NCBI RefSeq assembly: GCF_003918875.1
Contig: NW_025766669.1
Coordinates: 558,001-622,000 of the forward strand
Reading direction: 5' to 3'
Length of the DNA stretch: 64,000 bases
Source: Haliotis rubra
Taxonomy: Eukaryota
Both the position numbers and the translations under genes were made by a program. Under the pieces are notes generated by a model. That model did no database searches, was not told the origin of the DNA, and was given only the letters and a program-made list of their open reading frames with translations. Shown one piece after another: positions 53,516-64,000 of the stretch; position 1 is the stretch's first letter; each line of letters starts with the position of its first letter.

Positions 53516-53843
53516 TGAGTGAGTTAAGTTTTACTCAGCTTTTAGCAACATTCCAGCCATATCGCAGCAGGGGAAACCAGAAATGGGTTTCACACATTGT
53601 ACCCATGCGGGGAATGAGACCCCGTCTTCAGTGTGACGAGCGAACGCTTTAACCACTAGCCTACCCCTGTTAACACCCGAGGAAGATCGAGTGAGTGAAT
53701 GAGTTTTACGCTGCTTTTTGCAATATTCCATCAATATCATGGCAGGGGGAACCAGAAATGGGTTTCACACATTGTACCCCTGTGGGGAATCGAACCCGGG
53801 TCTTCGGGGTGACGAGCGAATGCTTTAACCACTAGGCTACCCC
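53516..53843 (-). mobile_element. Two tandem SINE A copies (a third remnant lies at about 52985-53123)
   Basis: About 176-bp period. Each copy is followed by the same cctgt...cc(a)gaggaaga spacer. Confidence 0.85.
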
Positions 53844-54685
53844 TGTATATCCCAGAGGAAGACGGAAGGAAAACTATTCAGTGAAGATCAGCAAAATGAA
53901 TAGTCATCAATGAACTGAAAAATGACTTAGATGCACCAGGCACATAATAATGATTGGGCCAGTTATCCCGTTATCCCACAACGTCAAGCTTGGAAACAAG
54001 ACTAGCAAGAAAGGGTGATGAGGCAAAATGTATAGCAGATTCAAGTTCTTGCAGCTACTAGACACATCCTAGCTCATGAGACATAACAGGCAGCGATGTG
54101 CTTACCTAAAACTGGTGTTGCAGATAAAAACAAGACAAACAGTATATCAATAATATATTTAACAAATATCTTATGTATAAACATCTGTACAATTCTTTCA
54201 CAGAAATCTGTCAGATAGTCTTTGAACTCTTCATTGTTACACATGCATCCATCCAACTACTGAGCCCTGAGGTATTTGAGAAAAATTTAACAGGGTCCTC
54301 GACTCATTATGCCTCTGTGCTGCAACCAGCCAAATACTGGTTCATCAGTGTACATGTGATAAAAAGCACTTGTTGTAAAGTTTAAGTAAGGAACATGCTT
54401 GGTGTAAAACCTCTGTCCATCAGCTTACATCCATTTCCACAGAGACCCTTGGAAATTAACAATTCTGAGTTCTAGCGCAACAAGGGGAATAACTCTTGCA
54501 CGAACATACTATTCATACCATGTACATCTTTTAAGTATTACCAAGGAATGTTTCATAAACAAACCGGACAATCCTATGTCATACATCCCCTCTCATACAA
54601 AACTGGTTCACACTCTTCTCTATTCTCCATTTGTGAAGACAGGAGTCTCTCAGTCCCACCACCCCGAGATGCAAAGGCCCACATT

Positions 54686-54805
54686 TGTAGACAGTATCCC
54701 AGTCACTACACAGGCTCGTTTCCATGTAGACAGTATCCCAGTCACTACACAGGGTCGTTTCCATGTAGACAGTATCTCAATCACTACACAGGATCACTTC
54801 CATGT
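54686..54805 (-). repeat. 39-bp tandem repeat (3 copies) overlapping the ZNF830 stop codon
   Basis: tgtagac at 54686, 54725 and 54764. Confidence 0.93.
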
Positions 54806-54950
54806 TTTCTTGGCTCTCCAGTCAAAGAGTTCCTCTAGTTCTGCCTCGTCCACCTCCCCTTCACTGTCACTCTGCGTCTCCCGATCCCCCACCTTCCCTA
54901 TCACCTCTGCCTTCTTGTCATGGAGGTCCTCAATCTCCTTCCAGCGATTG
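54794..54950 (-). CDS. ZNF830: ZNF830 exon 9 (terminal)
   Basis: Encodes NRWKEIEDLHDKKAEVIGKVGDRETQSDSEGEVDEAELEELFDWRAKKTWK*, with the C-terminal DWRAK motif. Total CDS is 936 nt. Confidence 0.92.
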
Positions 54951-55165
54951 CTGCAGCAAAGATGACATGAATCATGTGTATGGTCACACCTGCACAACAG
55001 GGTATTCAAGACAACTGGACTTGCAAGTAAATTTGGTTCATGTACATATGTAGTTCAGAATGCACTTTGTTACTGTCATGGTGGGGAATTATCACATCCA
55101 TGTGTATATTCTTCTCACTTTACCAAACAAATATTGACTCGTGTTTTGATAAATGAATAGGAATG

Positions 55166-55342
55166 GAATATAGACAAACTTTAGGGATAACAACTTCTTT
55201 ATATCATTAGTGCAACGTTTTGATACAGATATTCTTGTACCGTTGTCAAGCAGGGGAACGTCACACTCATGAAATAGAGCAGTTGTTATCCATAAAGTTT
55301 GTCTATATTGTACTTCCCAGCTTCTAAAATGCCACTCAAACT
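55166..55342. mobile_element. Penelope-like retroelement fragment with inverted arrangement
   Basis: About 29-bp inverted arms (55167-55195, 55281-55309), 13-bp TSD atgaataggaatg. The tail cttctaaa(a)tgccactcaaa also occurs at about 19830-19850. Confidence 0.7.
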
Positions 55343-55693
55343 ATGAATAGGAATGCACATGCACAAATCTCATTAAAATCAGATAGTAGTTTAAGCCACC
55401 CCAAAATACAGATCTGCAGACCTCCAATTATGGGTCACATCACAACGACTTCTTGTAAACTTTGATCGATCAATGAAATGACAAGATTAGCCAATTGGAA
55501 AGCAGCCTTCTAGAGCTTTATGACAGTAGCTTCAAACTGGTGACTTCCATTCCAGACTGTTTTGAAAATAATTTGAAAAAGTTCTCAATTCAAATTTGGA
55601 AACATTCCAAACTGTTCTTTATGACATTTTCAGTAGGCAAAAAAGGGCCCACACCCTGTCTCATACAACTGCTGTCTCTGAATCTGAACTTAC

Positions 55694-55770
55694 ATTTGGT
55701 CATCTATTTCATCTATGTTCCTCTCTATATTGGCCTGCTGGTCATCTTCCTCTATAATGTTCTCTGACAC
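55694..55770 (-). CDS. ZNF830: ZNF830 exon 8
   Basis: Encodes VSENIIEEDDQQANIERNIDEIDDQ. GTAAGT donor. Confidence 0.92.
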
Positions 55771-56424
55771 CTGTAACAACACACACAACATCGTACAGCT
55801 GCAACATCACAACTGTCAGAGTTCAACATTTAATGGAGATTGCTGAATTTCAATGAACTGTTTCAACACTGAAAACAAACATCTCATAATGTTCAAAGGA
55901 CGAAATATAACTAGCAATACATTAAGATCCATGTAAAAAAACAAGTGAATAAAAAGGCCTTCAGGATTTATACTGTTGTCATCATATTTCTATGAGCTTG
56001 GATCAGACAAAACAGGTTGCTGCCACACAAAGCATCAGAGAGATGGTGTTCAAACATTCTCCACAATGACCAAGAGAAACTTAACATTTCTTTGATAATT
56101 GAGGACAAAACTTTGTGATATCCATGTAAGTGGTGCATGTCATACGAATGGGTGCTGACAGATCAGCAAACTTCATGGGACAAGTAGCCAAGGGACACAA
56201 CTCTGCACATTATTTACAACAGACTGGATGCAGCTAGGCTTCATTTTGGCCTCACTAAAAACAATTACCTATGACACATTTGAATTAAAAAACATCCCGC
56301 ATCTTTATTGGCAAAGGGGCACATATTCAAATGATACATAAGAAGTTAAATATGTTTTCAGGGATCGAACTGGGAACAAACTTTTTCATAAACTGCTGTT
56401 ACTAAGGAGCACATATATACGTAC

Positions 56425-56502
56425 GTGAGATTCTTCTTTCATGGCTCTCTGGAACTGTTCCCACTCTTCCTCCATCTTGTCCTTGTACTCCACCTTCCTC
56501 AC
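56425..56502 (-). CDS. ZNF830: ZNF830 exon 7
   Basis: Encodes VRKVEYKDKMEEEWEQFQRAMKEESH (EW.EFQ.AM motif). Phase 0/0. Confidence 0.92.
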
Positions 56503-56783
56503 CTGGCAACACACACAGAGATGCTGAGTCAGGTATAACAAACAGCAGCTGGACAATCAATATTATCAATAAGGACCTATTTTGCAATTCCACCATCAAA
56601 GGCTTCTTGAACTTCAAAACAGAAAGCCATCTCACCACACTGATACAGATACATAAATTTAAAAGGGATTAAATCATACACTTCAACTAAAGCTGATGCG
56701 AGCTGACAGTCAGCCTGCTGAGCATCAGTTGTCATGAGGAGTCTGTGCAAGACAGGTGCAACCTGACATCTCTGTCGACCTAC

Positions 56784-56896
56784 CTTGGCATCCATCTTTG
56801 GGTCATCAAAAAACCCTTCAGGTAAAATGTCTGCCATTGTTTTGGGTTTTTCTTCCACATCATCTCCTGATGGCTTGGGGCCCTTATCAAAGAAAT
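56784..56896 (-). CDS. ZNF830: ZNF830 exon 6
   Basis: Encodes DFFDKGPKPSGDDVEEKPKTMADILPEGFFDDPKMDAK, with the conserved LPEGFFDDP..DA motif. Confidence 0.93.
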
Positions 56897-57089
56897 CTGA
56901 AACAGTGTTGGCAACAAGATATTGTTAGCTATATGACCACACCAGTACACCATAATGAAAACATGTCCAGCTTAGCAGATGTTATGGACTTTGCACTTAC
57001 TTTCATTTGCATTCAAAATGTATACAAATGTTTGGTTAACTTAACAATAATTTTACACATATCATCTTGTGATAAGGAGATAAAAGGCA

Positions 57090-57235
57090 ACTAAAGGGAT
57101 CGGGTGGTCAGGCTCGCTGACTTGGTTAACATGTCATCATTTACCCAATTTACGCAGATTGATGCTGTTGATCACTGGATTGTCTGGTCCAGACACCATT
57201 GTTTACAGAGTACTGGCATTAAACAACAAACAAAT
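57090..57235 (+). mobile_element. SINE family B fragment in a ZNF830 intron
   Basis: ctaaagggatcgggtggtcaggctcgctgacttgg...tgtctggtccagac. Confidence 0.8.
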
Positions 57236-57283
57236 TTTTTGACAAGGTGCATTGTTACAGCCAAGTTCCCCTGACTCACTGAC

Positions 57284-57447
57284 CTGGTGGTAGGACACCT
57301 GACCCTGGTCTGGCAGAGCCTGATTTCCCTGCACCTTCATCAGCACCATCACTGTCTTCCTCGGATGAGGATCCATAATCTGCCAGCAACGAGTTGCTTT
57401 GTTGCTGACTTTTAGAGGATGACTTGTCAAAGAAATCAGCAGGAAGA
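57284..57447 (-). CDS. ZNF830: ZNF830 exon 5
   Basis: Encodes LPADFFDKSSSKSQQQSNSLLADYGSSSEEDSDGADEGAGKSGSARPGSGVLPP. tttttccAG acceptor, GTCAGT donor. Confidence 0.85.
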
Positions 57448-57604
57448 CTGGAAAAAGATAGACACCCTTTGCATTCTTGACCAAAATGTCAAAAACAAGA
57501 TCTGACAATACAGATGAAACCAACAATACACTACAGTTTATACAATTCAACTAGCCTGATTTCAGATCACTGAAAATGAAATTAGGGTGCAAATAAATAA
57601 TGAA

Positions 57605-57945
57605 TACCATATTTCCTCTAATAAGTGCCGGTTCTCTGATAAACACCAGGCCTCTAATAAGCACCAGAGGTAAAGTGGCGGTTTAAGAAATAAGCACAGG
57701 GCCTCTAATCAGAGCCGGTTACATTTTTTATAAATGTATTTTCCCTTGATTCAAAAATGGATTTATTAAGGAATGGTCCCTTTAGTCCTGATCGCTAACT
57801 TTGTTGTAACGCCCACTAATAATTTATCACACTCAGTAAGTGCAATAAGCACTGAGTCTCCTATAAGCGTTTGGCCTTTAATAAGCGCCAGATCTGGAAG
57901 TCTGTTGAAACAATAAGCGCCCTGGCGCTTACTAGAGGAAATATG
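57605..57945. mobile_element. Tc1/pogo-type MITE in a ZNF830 intron
   Basis: taccatatttcctctaataagtgcc ... ggcgcttactagaggaaatatg, with repeated aataagcgc/aataagcac subterminal motifs. Confidence 0.8.
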
Positions 57946-58148
57946 CAATGTAATTTAAATTTTAATATTAATAATAAGGCAGTAGTTACATTATTTACCC
58001 TCAAAAGTGCTGGAAATTATTTGTTGTTGTGTATCTTCAGAACCTTCTAAATGCAAATCATAAAATAAAACTGCACTTGTGATAATATACATGTATATCT
58101 AACCAGCAGTAATGTCCTGGGAAAGAACACAAATGTCACACTGCTTAC

Positions 58149-58179
58149 CCTGACTGTTTTACTGATGATCCATTTTGAC
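58149..58179 (-). CDS. ZNF830: ZNF830 exon 4 (31-nt micro-exon)
   Basis: ttttctcAG acceptor, GTAAGC donor. Encodes SQNGSSVKQSG. Needed to join the phase-1 end of exon 3 to the phase-2 start of exon 5. Confidence 0.75.
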
Positions 58180-58564
58180 CTGAGAAAATAAAGTTTATGT
58201 ACATTACAGTATCTTTTGCACAATGTTACATCCTATTCATATCACATAAAACAAATCCATGGCCTTACATCACGAATGTGGACATTACATAAAATATATT
58301 TTAGTGGGATGTTAACATCAGCAACATATGTACATGATACCTTGACATTACATATGCCTTCTTGTTCATGAACAAGTTGCAATAAATAATAAAAATTCCA
58401 TTATAAATTTCCTTTTTTTAACATGCTTACCTTACAGCATGCACAATTACCAAGATTATGTGAATAAAGAACCATCTTGTAGAAATATATAACTTCATTG
58501 TTATGTCTGCTGTACAAACAAATCATAAAGTTACTGCACAGAAAAATATGCTTCAAAATCTTAC

Positions 58565-58667
58565 TTTTCAACTTCTTGCTGTGAGATGCCCCAGAATCCG
58601 ACTGTGAAACTGATCTCTTGACAGAAGCAGGAACTGCTGGCCCCACAACCGACTTGGCAGCGACATA
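58565..58667 (-). CDS. ZNF830: ZNF830 exon 3
   Basis: Encodes YVAAKSVVGPAVPASVKRSVSQSDSGASHSKKLK. cAG acceptor, GTAAG donor. Confidence 0.8.
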
Positions 58668-59473
58668 CTGTCAAAACAATCAGTAATACAGTGCATATGT
58701 GTACAATAGGGGACCAACAAATCTCGAATACTTAAACAGCCTCCACCGAATTCTGTGTAGTCTGGGGGCACAGATGACCCAGTTGTCTCTGACCTTGGCC
58801 ATGCTAGAAACCTGCAATTGTGGGTTAAAATTATGCTTCCAGGTCTGTCCTTAAACCTACGGTCATGTTCTTCACCTAAGTGGTAACTGTGTGAGACATG
58901 TATCCCCTTGTTTCCTATCAGGCACATTATACTAACAGGACATAATATAACTGGAATACTGTTTATAGGACCTTAAACCCAACTAACTCACTCTGTTTAC
59001 ATGCTTCTCTTGTGATATCATGGACATATGTACATGTAATCAAAGGGACTAACCCAGACACTTAGTTCAAAATCAAGCACCTTTAGAGCTTAAGTCAATA
59101 TTCTATGTCAAATAATTTGTTTTAAAATTTCTGTTTACTGATGCACAAATCCCTTGAACAGGAGTCAAGTATCCATTACTGGATAAAGTAACTCGTCTAT
59201 AAATTCTAACCTACAAAATTACTGTTCACTGACTTTAAGAGGCAATTGTAATTGATAACAGTAAAACATCCAGTCTATAGGTTTCTTTTAAATTTACATA
59301 CATGTTGCACACTAATATGCTGGTTAATTTTTTAGTTTCTGATACATTTGCATGTATGAACACGATGCAGAATTTTACTTATCATTTTACCTTGAACAGA
59401 TGAATGTAGGCCTGTAGAGATTCGCTGAATATTGGTTTATAAGGACAAAGTGTTTAAAAATATGAATATGACA

Positions 59474-59642
59474 AGTGAGTGAGTGAGTGAGCTATTATGC
59501 TGCTTTTGCAATATTCCAGCAATATCACGGCAGGGGGGACGCCAGAAATGGACTTCACACATTGTACCCATGTGGGTAATCGAACCCATGTCTTCAGCGT
59601 GACACGTGGACGCTTTAACCATTAGGCTACCCCACTGCCCCT
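59474..59642 (-). mobile_element. SINE family A in a ZNF830 intron
   Basis: Reverse complement of the consensus. Confidence 0.88.
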
Positions 59643-59708
59643 GAGAATGACAAAGGTATTTCATGGTATATGACTTTATGAGATGATCACTGTCATATGT
59701 TCTGGTAC

Positions 59709-59808
59709 CTCTTTATGAAGCCTGCTCTGTATATGTGCTGCCCATAACAAGTCTGACTTTATCGTTGTGTTACATACAGCGCACACAAGCTGGTTCAGAC
59801 TGTTGTAT
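59709..59808 (-). CDS. ZNF830: ZNF830 exon 2, C2H2 zinc finger
   Basis: Encodes YNSLNQLVCAVCNTTIKSDLLWAAHIQSRLHKE. AG/GT boundaries are phase-consistent. Confidence 0.93.
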
Positions 59809-60522
59809 CTGAAAATAATCAAATATACCAGTATAAAATATATTCCATGGATTCTGCCATATCTAGTGTATATATTGTCATATCTGGGTAAAGCGGATAT
59901 GCAATTAAATCAATGATACATATAGAAAAGTGTATTTTAACAAGTCTAATCTTCAGGATGTTATTTGAATGGAACCATGATGGCAGCCCATATCACCTCA
60001 CCTGAACAAATTTGTTGGCACGCATTGTCAGATTACATATTTTTCGGACATCATGTATTTTCCAACTGCAGCGTTATTCTCCATAACATAGCTTGTCACG
60101 TCACACATGCAGACATTGCAAATACTTGGACGATCACTTGTGCTAAAGATGGAGTTGTCTTCAATAATTTAGTGACACGTTTTACAATTGTTCATGTGAT
60201 AATCCTGAAAAAAACTGATTTTGGCTCCCCTGATTTTCTTCAACATTCGAAAACCCATAACGCGAGGATACCTCCAGTTTTAACAAGGCCAATCAAGAAA
60301 AGGAGATAACTGTAATTACAAGCTATATGGTTTAGCACAAGGGTCCAGGCTAATTACAACTTCTAAACGCAGGATGGACATTACACTATGGAGTCTAGTT
60401 ACTATGATTCCAGTCACTTTCTGATACCTCATGTTAAGATCTCTTCTCATCTACACATCGTATTCTTCTATCTCATTCACTTTGACAAGGGCTAACTAAT
60501 TCAAAATGCAAAAATACACTAC

Positions 60523-60635
60523 TTTGCATGGGCATGTTCAATTCTATTCGATGACTTTAATGATGTCTGCTTTTGTTTCATCAAACGGCGAAGTTCATCT
60601 TTCGACACAATTTTCTTCTTCTTACTCGACGCCAT
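60523..60635 (-). CDS. ZNF830: ZNF830 coding exon 1
   Basis: ATG at 60635. Encodes MASSKKKKIVSKDELRRLMKQKQTSLKSSNRIEHAHAK, matching the ZNF830 N-terminus (ELRRLMKEKQ...RIESPFAK). AA|GTAGTG donor. Confidence 0.9.
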
Positions 60636-61100
60636 TTTGAACGTTTTGTTACAGCCGCCCATGCGAAAATGAATATTTTCGGACAGAGCCAAAGATTATG
60701 GTTGTTTATGACTGGGAACATTTCATGTAACATTACAAATAATTATATATATTTGTATCGTTCTAATATATTTGTAAATCGCACAAAAGTTTAGTTATTC
60801 ATGGAATACGAAAATAAAGACACAGCTCAGCTTGCATGTAGGCACACAGCGCGAAAGAATAAGGTGCGAGACGGATTATGTGTTGAAGTTATTTAAACTA
60901 TGTTTAACGCCAGAATACATATCGTCAAACGTTTACAATACGAAAATGTCTTAGCCCCAAATGCTTAGTTTGAATTGTTCGGACTGCCATCATTATCAGA
61001 ACAATAATATTGTGCTCGTAGGCGAGAATAAACAGCTGATAAAAGGGCCTGAAACTGAAAGCACCTGTCTTAGATCCGGTACATTCTCGAATAAGCAGTT
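60636..61100. promoter_or_regulatory. Putative bidirectional promoter region of ZNF830 and MGME1
   Basis: The ATGs are head-to-head 1.36 kb apart. The region is locally CpG-richer and free of recognisable repeats. The MGME1 coding exon starts at an acceptor, implying a 5' UTR exon here. Confidence 0.55.
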
Positions 61101-61424
61101 CTTATGTCACCACAGGTCTTAAAGTGACTGCATGTTTTTTATTGTACATTCAGTACAACGAGAAGTGCACTTTGCTAGATGCATTTTGTGAATTTCAGTC
61201 AGTGCATGTAAAATTATTAAGTCCAGAAAATTTGCCTCATAAGCAACCTTGATGACAATTTCTTAAATTGTAAATAGCTACGAATTCCTGTTGAGGGAAT
61301 AAACTTTCAAAATATTGCACTATTAGCAGCTGATTACCGTCAAACACAAACAAAAGTCAGTTAGTGTAGAGGAATGCAAATATACCTTATAAACTGGCCT
61401 CATTACCTACAGTATGTGAATGAA

Positions 61425-61942
61425 ATGAATATAAATAATGTGTCCATTTATATAGCGCCAAACTCGACACTAGGTATGCTCATAGCACTAACAATCAGAG
61501 CACAGCACATTATTATTATAGGATATTTATATAGCGCACATATCCACGCAACTAGTACATGCTCAAGGTGCTGTTATTTTTTCCCCTCGATCGTTGCATG
61601 TCAATCTCAATCTCAACTCCTTGGGGATCATACAACTCTTGCAGCCACTAGGCGCACAGAGTTATTGTGTGCTGAACACTGAAAGAGTTGGCACACAAAG
61701 TTGACTCAAGGTTTTTACACCCGGTCACAAGTGGGCTTGATCCCGGCACCTCAAGCTCGCTGGATCACTAGCCTGGGGCCTTACACAGCTCACCCACTAT
61801 GCCCCCACATTATTACCTTTGGTAACCCAAGCTGCCTGTTAGGCGTTAGAAGGTCACATGACTTGGCCCACCGGGTACCCATTTTCTGCTAGGGGAACTG
61901 AGGCAATTTTGAACAAACTCACTTGCCTAAGGTGAGACCACA
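61425..61942 (-). mobile_element. CORE/L2-tailed SINE remnant(s) in the MGME1 first intron
   Basis: atttatatagcgc tail occurs twice. gggtacccattttctgctagggg...cacttgcctaagg is CORE-like. Confidence 0.65.
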
Positions 61943-61995
61943 TGTATGACATGTATCATATATTTTTAATGAACATTTTTTGTTGCAGAAGCAGA

Positions 61996-62677
61996 ATGTT
62001 AAAGGTGATTGGACCTACACTTTGTTGGAAACATGCTAGATCTTTGGATGTATCAAGAATGGTTAGTCTTGTGCGGCGGTTGAAGTCCTCAAAGAGTGAT
62101 ATCAGGAAACTCATAAACTTGAAGCGTGAAAATGAATTGCTGTTTGGACCTTTGCTCAAAGCAAAGGACTTGGAACCAAAGAAAAGGAAAACAAAGAAGA
62201 AGAAATCTGTAAAAGATGGGATTAGTACAATTATAGAGCAAGCTAGAACACAGACAGGTGATTGGGCGGATGAAGCTGACTTACTTGATGAATCCATCAT
62301 TTCTTCATCAAGTAGAAACAAGAAAACGGGGGCAAAATCAACCAATACAGCCAAAACAACGGTAAAGAAAAGCTTGTCTGAAGAGAAGACGGCTTCCAGG
62401 AAAAGAAAGACACAAAGCAGCAGTGAATTAGATGAACAGGTATCACCGTTGTTTGAGTTCGTGCTGAACTATCCCCTTGATGTCAAGACTGACATGATCA
62501 GTGATGAGTCTTCTGACTTTGGAACTCAAGTTGAACAGATGAGTCTGAAAACCCTCCCAACAGTCAGTACTGTATTGAATAAAACACAGTCGGACATGGC
62601 TCGTTTCTTTCTACAGCGATGGCGAGAGACTTCTATAGCAGAACTTGGCAAAGAAGAATTCTACCAGAAGCAGGAAG
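61996..62677 (+). CDS. MGME1: Mitochondrial genome maintenance exonuclease 1, first coding exon (gene continues beyond the recognisable region)
   Basis: Acceptor ttgttgcAG at 61987-88, ATG at 61996, basic presequence-like N-terminus. LPTVSTVLNKTQSDMARFFLQRWRETSIAELGKEEF matches MGME1 IPSVTRVLQQTM...LERWKQRMILELGEDGF. G|GTAGG donor. Confidence 0.85.
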
Positions 62678-63244
62678 GTAGGAACACAGATCTAGACTGC
62701 TCAATCAAATGATAGCTTTGTCAGTGGCAGAATTGTTAGTACAGGTAGAATAGTATCAGACATGTGGAATGAGGAGTTTACATTATGGGTTCCCTTTCTA
62801 TTTTTAGCTGAGTGGGGTGTGCAGATGTTATATCATTTTCATGTGAGGTTGTGTCAACTCAAGTCACCTAAGTATCAATTCAACCAATCAGATGAGAGGA
62901 AATTTAGTAGTCATATAATGAATTGTAAACCAAAAGTCACTGTGTTCTTTAATCTGATTGGTTTAAAAACGTGATCAAATGGTATTCGATTCCCGGTAGT
63001 TGCAAAACTTTTCACTGCGTATTAATACATACAAATAATCAGTACTTTTTTTGCTTCCACCATTTTCAAGATGTCTTCAACAGCACCTAAAAATTTGGAC
63101 TTTCCAAATTTCAATGTTGGCACCATTGAAGACCATTGACGCCGTCGGTTCCAAATGTATTCCCGTGCTTCAAATACTCAATAACACCCGGAAATTGGTC
63201 AACACATGATGTTTATCTCCTAAGTGAATTATAGCCCTTGATTG

Positions 63245-63526
63245 TCATTCTAGGCAGCTAACAGGATAAGGAGGTTGCTGACTTGGTTGATCATCATGTA
63301 AACTGATGCATGTCATCAGTTCCCAGTTGCAAACATTTATGCTCATGATCTCAATGTCTGTATTTTCTGGCCCAGACTCTGTGGTTACCAGACAACTGTC
63401 ATATGGCTGTAATATTGCTAAGTGGGGTGTTAAATAACAAAGTAATATCATATCCTATATTATTTATTTGTTTGTTGTTTATGCAGCACTCAGCTATATT
63501 CTAGCGATATGGCAGCAGTCTGTAAA
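63245..63526. mobile_element. Two degenerate SINE B copies tail-to-tail; the second is interrupted by a DNA element at 63527
   Basis: gctgacttggttga...aatattgctaagtgg on +, and gcactcagctatattctagc...agtctgtaaata on -. Confidence 0.65.
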
Positions 63527-64000
63527 TACAGTGAGACCTCGGATACCCGGGCCCCAGATTTCCGGAAACCTCACCTTCCGGTCAATTTTTAGAAAAAAAC
63601 AATCTCTTACGTTATAAAAGTGACTGTCTATAATGGATATTCGGTTTCAGTTTCCGGACGGTACATTTTACAAACAAACCGGCTAAATCAACACAAAATT
63701 GACTCACCTATCCGCACGAAGCTTTGATCCACCGCTAACCGTGTGAAGGGAAGCGCCAGAGTCCCACGTGTTTTGACATGAGACATGGTCTGCTAATCCG
63801 GATCAAGGTATTGGTGGTGATTAGAAGGCCTAGCTGACACTGAGTTAACCATTGAGTTCTAACTGTTAAGTTGTTTATTCAGTCAAATCAATAAAAGTGC
63901 AGTGTGTCGATATTCAAGTCAGTTGGTCTTTCAATTGATCACCAAATCGCTAGTCAACCTACTAAATGCAAGCGCTACACAGTGACAGCCAAGGAAAAGA
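63527..64000. mobile_element. Left end of a pogo/Tigger-like DNA element (runs off the window)
   Basis: TA+CAGTGAGACCTCGGATA start, repeated tccgg motifs, interrupts a SINE B. No right TIR is visible. Confidence 0.5.

Overview
AT-rich, repeat-dense animal genomic DNA. The SINE repertoire suggests a mollusc, possibly a gastropod, but this is inference. Three spliced protein-coding genes can be rebuilt with phase-consistent GT-AG junctions. (1) On +, a class I bHLH-PAS transcription factor of the HIF-alpha/SIM type. Seven coding exons are visible at 12559-38979, covering PAS-A, PAS-B/PAC and a long Ser-rich C-terminal exon. No bHLH exon was recognised, so it probably lies upstream of the window. 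(2) On -, a complete 9-exon ZNF830 (60635->54794, 311 aa). (3) On +, the first coding exon of MGME1 (61996-62677), head-to-head with ZNF830. The remainder is intronic or intergenic. It holds at least four SINE families (many with 11-13 bp TSDs), several MITEs, a Penelope-like fragment, a Crypton-like palindromic element, about ten mini/microsatellite arrays and a 154-N gap. Most long ORFs in the track are satellite artefacts. The most interesting observations: a non-tRNA SINE whose 5' head folds into a covarying pseudoknot; a 47-bp repeat giving five copies of a PAS-A splice donor; a +1 frame break at the end of the bHLH-PAS gene with a protein-like LxxLL extension; NCOA-like NR boxes in a HIF-like protein; and an intronic GC-box/TACGTG-pair/TATA module.
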